From the NCBI RefSeq assembly GCF_009914755.1, contig NC_060929.1: a stretch of 64,000 nt of DNA; one strand, given 5' to 3'. Position 1 is the first letter of the stretch, and each line of letters starts with the position of its first letter. The DNA comes from the human T2T-CHM13v2.0 reference genome, Homo sapiens. Both the position numbers and the translations under genes were made by a program. A model generated the notes under the pieces. The model made no database searches and was not told the DNA's origin. It was given only the letters and a program-made list of their open reading frames with translations. Shown piece by piece: positions 38,819 to 52,654 of the stretch.

Positions 38819-41321
38819 TCATGTCCTTCTTGACTCATTGGAAAGGCAGCAACATTAATGACAGAAAGCAGTATAACTTTTTTTGAGTAATAAAATCATT
38901 ATTAAATTATATGGTAAGATTGGAAACTATAGAATATGATGTTCTATAGTCCCAAAGCAAAAGCCTTAGAGAAGGGACAGATATAAAACTATCCTGTATT
39001 TGAGAATAACGTTATGAGTATTATGATTCAGGAATAGTAGTGGGAAATCCATTACAAACCAGAATATTCATCTTGAATTTAAATGGCACAATTTTTTAGT
39101 AACTCCATTACACCCCCCTCCTCACCCCAAGAAAAACCATAGGATTAACGTCAGTTTCTTCCCTTGAAGACAGGTAATCGGATGAGACCTACCCTCTTTC
39201 TGATACGTTCTCCGGATGATGAAAATCCACAAAAGCTTTTGCCTAATGTTTTAAAACCCATGTTTTAAGAAATATGCATAGTTTCAGTCCATCCCCTTTA
39301 GCATACGTTAGCAGAAATTGAGAAATCAACATTGTTCTTTTTAGGTAACTCGAAAGTTGATTTATCTTCTCAAAAATAGAGTTGTTTAAAATTTCTGTAT
39401 AGGTTGTAATTTTCAACACTTTAATAGTTTTGTTTTCCTCTGAACTTTGTACTGAATCTCTAAAGTAGTTAAATAGCAGGGGTTTTATAAGGGAGTTACA
39501 AGGCCTTACATGTTTTCAGTAGCAGCTTTTGGGAATAAATGGATGGCAAAAATCTCACTTTGCTAAGAGATCAGAGAGATCTTTACAACCTTATTTCTAC
39601 TTCACTTTAGTTATTTCCTCAAGCTAATTAAGGTGTATTAGTTTTGGGGAAACTCCAGTAGGAAAAAGGAAAATGTTAATTTTCCTTAAGTAGGTAAAAG
39701 GAAATATACCCACACTAAAAGGTCAAATAAAAGTTAAGAATATAATTTATTTGTTCTACTTTATTTTCAAATTTAATGATAGATTGGGCTATTCTTTTTT
39801 AATATTACAGAGGTTCCATGAAATGCAAAGGACATTAAATTTTTATAGAATACTATAAATGGTAGTCACATCTTTGCCTTTAGAAGTTACAAAACATAGG
39901 CTTTTCTTGAAATAGGCAGAGTAAGTTATTCCCACTCCCCACAATTTATTTTGACCTAATTGAATGCTTTAATATCCAGAAAATGAAGTTTATTTGTTTA
40001 TTTTACAAAAATATCTCACAATTTGCTACTATGGTACACTACTTAGAACCCCCGAAACCCAATTTAATATATATATAATAAAATATATAGAAATACATAG
40101 AAATAAATATAATAGATATAAACATACATAAATGTATATTTTTAAAATACATAGAAATACATATAATTATGTCCAAACTCAATACTATTATATATCAACA
40201 CTTGCCATCATGAATTAGTAATTTGTTTGCTTGCTTAAGCCAAGATTTTGTTATATGATTATGATAACTAGCTATATATGCAGTTTATCCAGCTATTTCT
40301 GCAAGAATTCAAATGACTGTTCTTTTGCAAGGTTGTTGATTTCTTGAGCTACTACTAATGCAGTAAAAGGAATCTTTCCAAGCTCAGGAACAAGCAACAA
40401 AACCCTTAATCTGAATTTATAGCCTTCGGAGACAATCTGCAGGACAACTTAACTGTCCAAGCAATTTATTTTAATTAATATGATTTGTTCTATATATTTA
40501 AGTAGGAGAGTTATATACCAACAAATGAGACAAATAAGAATGCTAACAGTAACATTTTAAATAGTTATGGCTTAGGGAAAACATAAACGGAAGCACAGCC
40601 ATCAGTAGTAATGGAATCTGAACCTTTTCTGTTATCAGTAAATCATCCACATCTCCTTAGAGACTTCATTTCCACCAGTGGATCTTAAACAATTTTAAGA
40701 GTTTAGATAGAAGGCCAAGGTCATACTATTTGTCCAGCATTTAGTGGTGAGGTAGAAAAATGTCCCTTACTAAGAGAAGTGTCAGGACTACTATATACTG
40801 CCAGAACCATATTGCTGATTTTCTTCAGAGTAAGGTATAATTTAATGAATCAAAAGAAAAGGTGTATTTTTTTCCTGTTAAACTTGATATATCTGGAAAT
40901 TTTCATGGACTATGCTCTATAGACACTTGGTGTTTATTCCATATATTTAACTGTTACATTAAAAGATACTTAAACTGTGTCAAGCAATACTGCTCTTGCT
41001 CTAAAAATGATAAAAACATTTCCTTTTTCATCAAGAAAAGGATTACATATTTACAAATCTAAAGTTATCAAAAATTGAGGGTGATTTTACTAGCCTGTGT
41101 AAAGACAAAACCAATTGTTTAGACAACACAGTTGTCACAAGGCCAACCATGCACTAACCTCTTCTGGAAATGAGAATCTGAATAAAAGTATCATTTAGAA
41201 ACACACAGTCTATTAGCTAAAGAGCCTGTTTACAATTCTGTCATTCCAACTAACAGTAATATTGTGTTTAGAAAAGGATTTGAAATATAGGCCTGACTCA
41301 TATTTTGATTGAAATTGACTA

Positions 41322-41684
<363 letters not shown>

Positions 41685-41819
41685 TCATCGAGTCACTGCC
41701 TATATGTTCATATTCATAAAGATCCCAAAGTTCATTCCTTTCATTCTTTCAGGAATTCAATTATTTACTGAATGACTATGTTCGGAGCACTGTAGGGGTT
41801 TGGAGCATGTAATAATATC

Positions 41820-42030
41820 AGTAATAACAGCTAATACTTATTTAGCAACTGCAATTTCTTTGAGGCTCTATTCTGAGTACTTTGCATATATCAATTCATT
41901 TAGCCCTCACAATTTTATGAGATGGGTTAACTATTATTATTGCTACAGACCAGGAATTACCCAAAGTCCCTGGTCAGTGGTGCAGCCAGGATTCTAACCC
42001 AAGCAACTGGATCCAGAGCTAATGCTCTTA
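41820..42030. mobile_element. MIR
   Basis: ataacagctaatacttattta...tcatttagccctcacaat...gagccaggattctaacccaagca. Confidence 0.65.
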
Positions 42031-42099
42031 CCCATAAGGGTACATCTCCCACGTAAGCTATCTCTCTCTAAGTCTCTATGTTTCATATAACAATAGTGA

Positions 42100-42413
<314 letters not shown>

Positions 42414-43116
42414 TCAGATCCACTTGAGAAAACATTACTTTCACAGTGGTGGCAGATTAGGAATGTCTCAAAATACTTATTATCATTTTTGCTACTTGGG
42501 GATGATGAGACCCATTCTTTTATTCCTTTCCTTACTCCTGGGGGAACTAACGAGAAGTACTGCTTTCTCCAAGTTCATGCTGCATCAAGGAGGTTGAGAG
42601 GCAAGTCTGGCTCAGTGGCATCAAGTAGGCAGGTAATGTGGCTAGAAGGCTGACAGTCTGCTGTACATATAGACTGTAACTATTCCCAAGATAGGCCAAA
42701 AGGAAGAAAGCTGGAACAAAATGAAAATGAAAGCTTCATTCAAAGCTTACAAAACACTACAATGTTGGGGGATTATGGGGAGCTGAGGCTTAGAGAAGTA
42801 AGTAACTTCCAATGTCACAAAACAGGCCCTGGATCACAAAGTGATCTTTCTGCCTATCATACCAGCCCCAAGGAATTGGGAGAAGAGCACTCTTGAACAA
42901 AAGAACTGAATTTTACATGGAATGTGTGCTCATCACATCATTCATGGAATATGACATGCTTTCATCTCACTATGTTTTGATGGGTCAGAAAGGTCAAATG
43001 ATTTGGTAAACAGAAGCATTAAATTACACAAAAAGAGTGGCCTAAGGAGCCAAAAATCCCTCTGAATCATTCAGAACCAGCACCAACATCAGTGGACTGA
43101 AATTTTGATAGGAGTG

Positions 43117-43470
43117 TGATATGGTTTGCTGTGTCCCCACCCAAATCTCATCTTGAATTGTAACTCCCACAATTCCCACATGTCATGGGAGGAACTTGGT
43201 GGGAGGTGATTGAATTATGGGTGCAGGTCTTTCCTATGCTGTTCTCATGATAGTGAATGAGTCTCACACAAGGTCAGATGGTTTTAAAAACAGGAGGTTC
43301 CCTGTACAAGCTCTTCTTTTGCCTGCCGCCATCCTTGTAAGACGTGACTTGCTCCTTCCACCATGATTGTGAGGCCTCCCCAGCCTTGTGGAACTGTAAG
43401 TCCATTAAACCTCTTTTTCTTCCCAGTCTCGGGTATGTCTTTATCAGCTGTGTGGAAACAGACTAATACA
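43117..43470 (+). mobile_element. THE1 (A/B-like) solo LTR
   Basis: TG...CA ends (tgatatggtttg...gactaataca), 354 bp, perfect 5-bp TSD gagtg. Confidence 0.95.
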
Positions 43471-43519
43471 GAGTGCAAATGCCTTTGAATTTTTGTAAAA
43501 TAACTTTGATATCAACTTG

Positions 43520-43640
43520 AATGTAAGTTGTATGAGGGTAGAGACCTTGTTTATCATGTTTACCACATTGTCCTTAGTGCCTGGAACATTGTTTGGCAAG
43601 TAATAGGTACCCAATAAATATTTGTTAAGTGAATGACCCA
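43520..43640 (+). mobile_element. L2 3' end
   Basis: gtaagttgtatgagggtagagac...ccaataaatatttgttaagtgaatga. Confidence 0.75.
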
Positions 43641-44479
43641 TCTTCAGGAAAATGTCAGCAGAATTAACTTTTTTTCAAAACAAAATCTAGCTTTAAAAAC
43701 TTTCTTGACCCATGCATGTATTTTACTAATTATGGAGGTATTTAATTAATACCTCCATAATTAAGATTGTTTAATTAAGATTGTTTGCCATTATTGTAAT
43801 TCTCTTCTTTCTGGACTCTTTCCTGTTCCCTTGAAGGTGGTAGTGGCAATGTGATGATTTACTGTAGCCAATGAAAATAAGTGAAAGAAATGCACTTATC
43901 CCCCTTTTTTGGTAGAAGATACTGAGAGAGTGCAGATAAAACAGAAGGATCCTTAAGACATCCTAGTATATGCAGAGAAAAAAACAAAAAAGATACATGA
44001 TAATGCGCCTCAATGTATTTGAACATTGAATGTCTCATTAGGATTCCACGCTGAAGATAGTGACATGAGATTCTCAGACGTTGGGGAAATATTTTGCTTT
44101 AGAGTTAAAAGACATATAATAATAAAACAGATGGAAATAATTATATGAAGATAACAATTATAGAATTAAAGTAAATTAGAGTGGAAAAAGTATTAGAGAT
44201 CTTCTGTGTACTCCTCCATTTTACAGAAACTGATGCCCAGAGAGTACAGTTTGTCACTGGTCAATCTTGGACTTGAACTCAGGACCCTTGATTACTTGTC
44301 TGAAATTCATTATAACCATGTCATACTAGCTGCTATAATAGACTGATGGCCCCAGGGCTTAGGGTCAGAACTATCAGTTTTGCAAAATGTATGGATAGTT
44401 GCTTATATAGTGTAACTTCAGAATGCAGAGCTATTGACTGGCTACATACAGATTGACTGCAGAGAGATCTCATAGACTA

Positions 44480-45836
44480 AGTATTAGTTATTCATTACTG
44501 CTTAACAGATTATCCCCTAAATACTCAGCAGCTTAAAACAATAAACATTTATTGATTCACACAGTTTTTGAGTGACTTAGTTGGTTAGTTCTGGCTCACA
44601 GTATCTCATATGTTTGTAGTCAAAATGACCCACAGTTTTGTCTGGCAATATATAGAGAGCAAGCTTCTTTAAGTTAGAAGGCTTATCAATATTTAGGTAA
44701 ATGATTGTTTCTAGAATTTTGTTTGACTCATGATTTTTTTTTTGGCTTTGAACTAACATCTATGGACCTACTATACTTACGGTCTGCTTTTCGTTGCTCA
44801 AATGCAATGTGGTAGAAGGTGTATGAAATTTTAGAGCCAGGTTAGATTCACTATGCTGATCTTGAGTAATGTAAATTAACCTCATATTGGCCTCAGTTTT
44901 TTCATCTTCAAATAAGGATCATAATACCTAATTTGTAAGGTTATTGTGAAGATTAAGGTAATTTAGGAAAAGATTTGGCAGTGTGCTTGGCACATGAGAG
45001 ATACCTCATAAATCAGGGTTGGTATTTTACTGTCCCTCATAATACCTTGCTTTCTAGATATGAAGCTATTATTTTTAGTAATAAAGTTAAATTATTGAAT
45101 AATTTACAGAAAATAACTATTTTAATTTATAAAAATAGATTAAGCAAGTGTGAGACAATTAGCGACACTTCTATATCATGCTCTTTCTGTTACCAGGGCA
45201 AATACCATAGGAAACTAGGGAGTGAGAAAAGATGCTGTTACCAGGGCAAATACCATAGGAAACTAGGGAGTGAGAAAAGATGCCTGGCTGTCTTCTCAGG
45301 GTTTCTGCTTAATACTTCTCTTAATGTTACAGTTACTATTGCACAATAAAGCCATTGGAAAGGTCACAGTGGGAAGAGTTTGTCTCTACTCCAGGATGTC
45401 TGAAAGAGATTCAAAGATTGGGAGACACTCATCTGAGGCATCTTTATTCACATATCTAGTGGGTGATGTTGGCTATCTGAGGGACCCTCAGCTAACATGG
45501 TCACCAGGAGAATCTACACTTAGTCTTTCCATATGGCCTGGGCTTCCTCATAACATGGCAGCTCCCCGTTGTTTGGACTTCTGACCTAACAGCTCAGTGT
45601 TCCAAGAGCAGTGTCTCAGTTCAGAAGCTGCACTGCTTTTTATGGTCCAGCCTTGAAATTCATATAGTACCACTTCTATAGTATTCTATTGGTTACAAAG
45701 GAGTCATCAGCTCTCAGATTCAAGGGGAGGAAAACGAGGCTCCACCTCTTGATGGGGGCATGGCAAGGTTTTAAAATAGTATATGGGTGGGTAGGTGTAC
45801 TGCTGCCATCATCTTTAGAAAATACAATCCACCACA
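44480..45836 (-). mobile_element. MLT1 (G/H-like) LTR fragments at 44480-44630 and 45330-45836, with a MIR between
   Basis: cagcagcttaaaacaataaacattt; gggcttcctcataacatggcagc...ttcaaggggagg...ctccacctcttgatggg. Confidence 0.6.
45187..45282. repeat. Perfect 48-bp tandem duplication
   Basis: ctgttaccagggcaaataccataggaaactagggagtgagaaaagatg x2, identical. Confidence 0.97.
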
Positions 45837-48079
45837 CTTAGAGAAGTGAAGTAGAGACCCTTATGTGGGCAGGGCAAGCCTCAGAACAGGGAAAGCAACA
45901 TAGAGCTTCCTGGACATGCTTACATACACACCTCTACAAATCATCACAACCTGCTAGTTTTCATTCTGGAGCCTGGACTCTCCAACTGTACTCATTTTAT
46001 GGCCCTTAGGCAAGCTGTGTTGCCCTTTTCAATAGCTGCATGAAATGTGGAATACATCACGTATCCAGACCTTGTCTCTCTTTCTAAGATACTTCGCTTG
46101 ATCTCTTTCTTGCTGTTTCAACTTAAAATATTTAACATGAAATCACCACTGCACTGTGGGGCTCCCATAGATAAATTTGAAGTTTTAATAGTTTATCATT
46201 TCCACTTTTGAGACTAGTACTCTGTAAGTTAAAAACAAAAACAAAACAAAGCAAAGGCCAACACTTTAACCAATGGAAGTCTAAGCTTTGGAAAAATCCA
46301 GAAAAGTAACACCAAGTCCAAGATAAATTGAGACTCTAAGCACATTTTGCTTGCATTCCTTCCTTGTTTCTCATTTAATAAATGTTTTCCAGAACGGAGT
46401 TTGCAAATCCAAGTAAATATATATATATATTTAAAATGCTTACTTATTCCCTTTTGGGTTCTGCGTCAATTGTGTACATTTCATAAATATAAACATAAGA
46501 CATATTTGCTAAGGAATTACATTTGTTGATGTGGCAATCTCATGGCTTAAAGTGTAAAAAATTCATACCTTGTCAATTATGAATTACATTTCCCCATTTA
46601 TATAGAATATGGAACTTGTTTGAGTACTAGCTAAAAATGTACGTGATACTATTTCAGATGTAAGTATTGCTTTAAAAATATCAAGCTTATCCCCCTTTAA
46701 GAGGTCAAACAACATCTGAAAACTATAACCCTTTTAAATAAAAAAAACTCTGTCCTTTGCTAATTTATTCAGCTTTCTTCCTACCACATCCAGTTACCAA
46801 CCCTATCAGTCCATTCCGTTTGATTTATCTTTTAGTCAGATGAGTGTCACAATAGGAAGGCAGCAAGAATACCCTTTAATACTTATGGATTTTTTTTCAA
46901 ATTTAAACATCTTCCTTCCTAAGCAGAATTTATACACTGACTCACTCTCACAGCTATCACCCTGGATGCCCTCTTCCTATTTCATTACCATATTGTGGAT
47001 GAACACATCATTGGTATGGTATTTATCTTGATAGGCAGTGAAAAAAAGTCTTGCCCCTAAAAGCTATGCCATGTTTCTAGCCCTTCTTTATGAGGCATCT
47101 TCCAGCAGCACTCTCATTGCAGAATTGCATGGAGCAAATGGTGGCCCATCTCAGATCACTGGTACTTTCCCTGAATGAAATCCTACATATGCTGTCAATT
47201 TAATTAGAAATTGGCCTGCTGTTTTGTCTTCCCAATTAGCTCACCCATTATCTCTCATATCCTAAAATCCTATCATTCTCCAGATAATAGGTTATTTCTT
47301 CAAACATCCTTGTCTCATTGCTTCCAGATAACTGTCTGTGACCTGTTTCCCCTTTAACTGCTTATAGTCATTTTAACATCTGTCATCACAGCTAAAGGTG
47401 TGATTACGTCTAATAATGTTTTATTTTTGCAGTGAGTGCACCACAGTTATTGTCATATACAGAAAATTCTGACTGACAGTTCCAGAGCTTTTTGGCATCA
47501 GAGAAAGTCAAGTACTGTGTTACCTCTTTCTATGACTCCCAAGAGAATAATCCAGCACAACTACTCAGTATCTTGGAAGAAGGCCTTATGACTTTGGAGA
47601 GCCTTCTTTCTCACCTACACAGCCTTACAGCATTCCCCTGTATTCTCCTGTTCTAAGTTTCTCTCCCTTATTTAAATTCTAACTTCAAATGTAACAGTTG
47701 ACTAATGTTAAAATTAATTTCCAAAAGAAGTTCATTAATTGATCAAGTTAAAGAATTTCCTTCTATATTTACGTGAATTTAGGTTGAATAAATTTCATAT
47801 TTTTAGGGAAATATCTAGGAAGCATTAAAAATAACAGTTGACATTGAGATATTTAGTAAACAAAATCATTCTAGTTTCTTCTGTCTTGCCCCCTCCCATC
47901 TTATTTGCCATAACCTATAAATTTAGCCAAAATGCAGCAAGTCTAATTCATTTATAAGCAGTTGACATTCAAAGGTTATCCTCATTGATGTCTAAATTTT
48001 TATGATGTGTTTCTGCTACTGTATTACAATTCTGAATTCCGTATCAAATTTATTAAATTTTTTTATTGCTAAATCCCCT

Positions 48080-48504
48080 TGCTGTGGTTTGCTCCTGCCA
48101 AGACCCATGTTGAAATTTGATCCCCAATGTGGCAGTGTTGGGGGTAGGGCCTGTTGAGAGGTGTTTGGGTCATGGGGGCAGATCCCTCAAGAAATAGATT
48201 AATGCTCTCTTGCAAGGGTGAGTTCTCACTCTCATTAGAATGGATTACTTCCCACAAGAGCAGGTTTTTAAAAAAGAGCCTGGCCTCCCTGGTTTCTCTC
48301 TCTTGCTTGCTCTCTCACCATGTGATCTCTTTGCATGTATCCACTTTCTGCTATGAGTGGAAGCAGCATGAGGCCCTCACTGGATGTAGCTGCCCAATCT
48401 TAAACCTTCTAGCAAGAAGAATTATGAACTAAAGAAACCTCTTTTCTTTGTAAATTACCCAGGCTCAGGTATTCTGTTGTAACAACAGAAAACAGGTGGA
48501 GACA
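48080..48504 (+). mobile_element. MSTB-like MaLR solo LTR
   Basis: tgctgtggtttg...catgttgaaatttgatccccaatgtggcag...taaattacccagg...gagaca; TSD cccct/ccccc. Confidence 0.88.
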
Positions 48505-50747
48505 CCCCCATCAGTCTAGTAATATGCAATAGAACTGACAGTGTCTATTGTTGATTAATATGCCCAACTTTGTTGTAAAGTCAGTCATTATAAACAAGGT
48601 CTTTACTAGCTCTTTTCATTTATAAGCACTAGGAGATACTCAAGAGGGTCTTACCTAAACAATTCAAAATTATCATTAAAAAGCATAAAAAAAATCTGCC
48701 ATAGACCAATGCTTCTTTCACATTAGCTAGAACAGGAACTATACCCAAAGAGTACTTTGGGAATATAACAGATTAATGACCCAATGGAATAAACACTTGA
48801 CCAGTAAAAAGTACCAAGTTTGAAAAACTGCTTTTAAGAAGAACAACCTAACCCTGTTTTATACAACAGAAACAGATTCATTACTGCTGAGATATGCTGC
48901 ATCTCTAATTTCATTTTCCCAAAACTTCAGTATACCTCCATAGAATTCAGGTTAGTTCTCTCAGTAAGTAACTATGACATTACCATTGCTAGTGTTCCTA
49001 GAAAGTTCCTATTTAAAAGCACAACAGGGAAATTACTACACAGTATCCCCACCCCGAGCAAACACACAAAAACACCAATGCACACCACAGATAATAAAAC
49101 ATTGGAAAATGATAGGAATAATCAAGAAAATGCTTTATGTGGAAAATTCAGCTGTGGTTTAGATATTAGGTCAACTTTAACCAATGTTACAATATCATTT
49201 CATTATTTTTAAAATCTAGAAAAATGTCACCAATCAAATATTATAAAGAAAAATGTTAACCTAATTATAAAATGAAACTAAGCCATTGAGCAATGGAATC
49301 CTGGGAAGCATCATTAACTTTAAATTCTATATTACATGGAAGCAGAAAGATTCCAGATAAGTGACTCAGATTGCATACTGTCAAATAGTTCATTTTAACC
49401 TGCTCCTAGATTCTGTGGGTCTTTTATGGGTTCTTCTTTTTTTAATAACTATAATTTGTAGTCCATTCCCATTCATTTGCTACTAACCTGGCATTTCCTG
49501 AGAGATCTAAAAATTGAAATGAGGAAGTAAAATCACACTTTTCATAGAGAACAGCCACTTCTAAAACCCCCTAAATTCCTCTAAGCTTTGAAATTCCTAC
49601 TGTTGTGGAATGTATTAATATTGGAGTGGGAAAGTGAAGAAAAATCATAATGCAGGACTGTGGGTATCTACACTTCAAACCAGGAGCCTTAATGCTGCCT
49701 GTGGTTGAATGGCTGCGTATTATAATTTGTTAGGCAATGGTAATTAACTAGTCTAGACTCCTTTCAAAAACTACTAAGCTACTAAGTGAGTAAGTCTTAT
49801 AAGCTATTAAAACATTGTAGAACAGATAACTGAATAAAATATTAGTGTGTAGAAATACATATTTTTGAGTTCCTACTATGAGTCAGCCAATATATTAGGC
49901 ATAAGGGATAAGACAGTAAATATGACAATTACTGTCCCTTCTCTTATGGAACGTATACCAGTGGCAAAGACAAATTTTGGACAAGTAATCAAATGAATGA
50001 ATTAATAAATGGCAGTATTGTAAAAGTCAGTATCCAAGTCTTCCATATTTCAATAAGATTTACAGTTTTCTGATCCTGCATATTTTAGTTAGGGTTATTC
50101 CTAGAAATTTTATGGTGTGTATGTTGCTGTTATTCATATAAGATTTTCCTATCATCTCCTCTGTTTCTTGCTGGGATATTGATATTTTTTGGTATTTTTC
50201 TAGTATTCCATAGCCTTACTAATTTATATTTAAGAGGATTTGACTTGGCATTTTTGGGTTTTCTAAGAAACATTCTCTGCAATTACTAACCTTTTTTCTC
50301 TTTTCCTGTCCATCAGTTAGTCCTTTCTATCAGTTATTTCTGATTTGTGTCTTATTGCACTAACCAGAAATTTTAGAATACAGTTAAATAAGGAGGAGAT
50401 TGGGAATTCTGTCCCCCCTTGATTTTAATGAGAGTTCTGGCTTTACTATTAATATTATATGATGTGATCTGTCTTCTTAGGTATCCTTTTTTATGAGAAG
50501 GAAGTCTCCTTCTTCATTTTTTCCCCTTAAGATTTTCTTAGAAATGGGTTCTTTTGACTTCTTAATTTTGATTTCTCTCTCAACTAGCTACAGTATGACT
50601 TTAAATAATTTTTTTCAAGAAGGATGTTTGGTGATATAAATTTTGAATTATTGAATAACTGAGAATTCTGCTGCCATCACACACAAACAACATTTAAGAG
50701 GGCATAAAATTCTTAGGCTACCAATTTTCTCCTTACAATGCTATAGA

Positions 50748-52654
50748 CAGGTGGGAATGCAAAATAGTGTAGCCACTTTTGGACATGTTTTGGCCATGTA
50801 TTAAAAAGTTAAATATACACCTACCATATCACCCAGTTATCCTACTCCTAGCTATGTACCTAAAAGAAATGGAAATTTATATTCACATAAAAATATGTGA
50901 ATGTTTATAAGAGCTTTATTCACAATAACCAGAAATTGTAGACAATCCAGATATCCTTAAGTGATTTCATATCAATGATATGCCATTCAGCCCTAAAAGG
51001 GAACAAACTATTGATTTATACAACATGAATTAATTTAAAATACATTTTTCTAAGTGAAAGAAGACAGAATCAAATGGCTACATATTATGTGAATTCATTT
51101 TACATGATATTCTTAACAAAGCAAAAGCATAGGCAGGAAAACAGATCTTTGGTTGCCAGGGGTTGAGAATGAGAGGAGAGATTGTCCAAAAAAGGGTAAC
51201 TCATACTTTTGGAGAGTGATGAAATTGCTCTGCAGAGAAGGCAGTGGTGGACATGTGACTCTACACAGTTGTCAAAACACATAGAACTGTACACACACAG
51301 AGTGAACTTTTTTGTAGGAAAACAACCGACAAATCAACCAGGATTTGGAGGAAAAGATAGAATGCAGACTGTGACAAGGAATCTAACTATATTACAATTA
51401 AATCACAAAGCAACATTGAAGGGAATGGGGGAAAAGGGAGCTGACTTACAAAACTCTGGAAAGAAGTGTTTTGACTGGATACTTTAAGGCTGAAGAACAA
51501 AAGAACTGTGCATAAACACTGTTTGGTTTTGATGTGTGTGTATGCATTAGTTAGTAACCACACATATATTTCCTCACTCTAGTCACTGAAAGAGGCTAGA
51601 AGCTACCCCAGTAGCAGTGAACACAGATCTTGGTTTCTAAATTCCTTCTCCAATAAAAGAAACAGGAATATCTGGAGAAATAGCTGATTCTAGGTGCTGG
51701 AGAAGGGATAATACAATATGAGCCTGGAGCATCTGAAAGTAAGGAAGTAAAGGAAAAGAAAAAACGATGGGAGCATATTAAAACAGATAGGAGCCACCCA
51801 GGAAAAGTTACCAATTGCCAAAGTTGAACAACTTGTGCAACAAAGTAATGATAGCATTGGATTATAACCAAATAATAAAATAAATATACATGAATCCATA
51901 CTAATATAAATAATAACTGAGTAAATTGGGGAGAAGTGACAATTCTTTCTTATATAATAATCACAATTAATAAATACAAGGAATAAAGGAAATAGAAATC
52001 ATCATTAAAACACCACACGGTAACAATTGCCACACAATGGATGCAAAATTAGTGGGTAAAAGTTTATGCAAAAATAGGATATTTTTATAATATCAAAGCA
52101 TCTCCCCCAAAGTACTTAGTAATTATAAAAGAAAAATAATAACTTTACAGTGGAGAATCCTAAAAAATACAAGCTCAACCAAATGATCAAGGGTAACATC
52201 ACCAGTAATTAGACAAATGGACATTATGTGATCCCTGATACAATAAACTGACAAGGGTGCATCATCTCTGTGGTTTCCCCCTCAATAACACATAACTTTA
52301 ATCCAATCACGAGAAACCATCTTACAAACCAAAATTGAGGCACATTCTACAAAATAATTTACCAGTATCCTTCAAAAGTGTCAAGATCATGAAAAACAAA
52401 GACTCCTGTGCTGTCGTAGATTGGAAGCAACTAGAGATATGACAACTAAATGTAATGTGAGATTTTGGAAAACAAAAGGATGATAATAGAAAATTGGTGA
52501 TATCTGAAAAAGTTCTGTACTTTAGTTAACAGAATTACCTACAACCAAGGTTAATTTCTTAGTTTTGATAAATATTCTTTGGTTACATAAGATGTTAACA
52601 TAAGGGGACTTTGGCTGAAGGGTATTTGGGAATCTACATACTATTTTTGCTAAA
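50748..52654 (+). mobile_element. Old L1 (L1MC/MD-type) ORF2 end plus long 3'UTR, inserted in an older minus-strand L1M remnant (about 50030-52800)
   Basis: ggtgggaatgcaaaatagtgtagccacttt...; TSD aatgctataga at 50737-50747 and 52655-52665. Confidence 0.7.

Noticed and set aside
39180-39330. C/D snoRNA (ATGATGA near 39215)
   Set aside because: No downstream CTGA box D or terminal stem at suitable spacing.
44975-45349. 124-aa ORF with an internal peptide repeat
   Set aside because: The repeat is the 48-bp DNA duplication and the start lies in a MIR.
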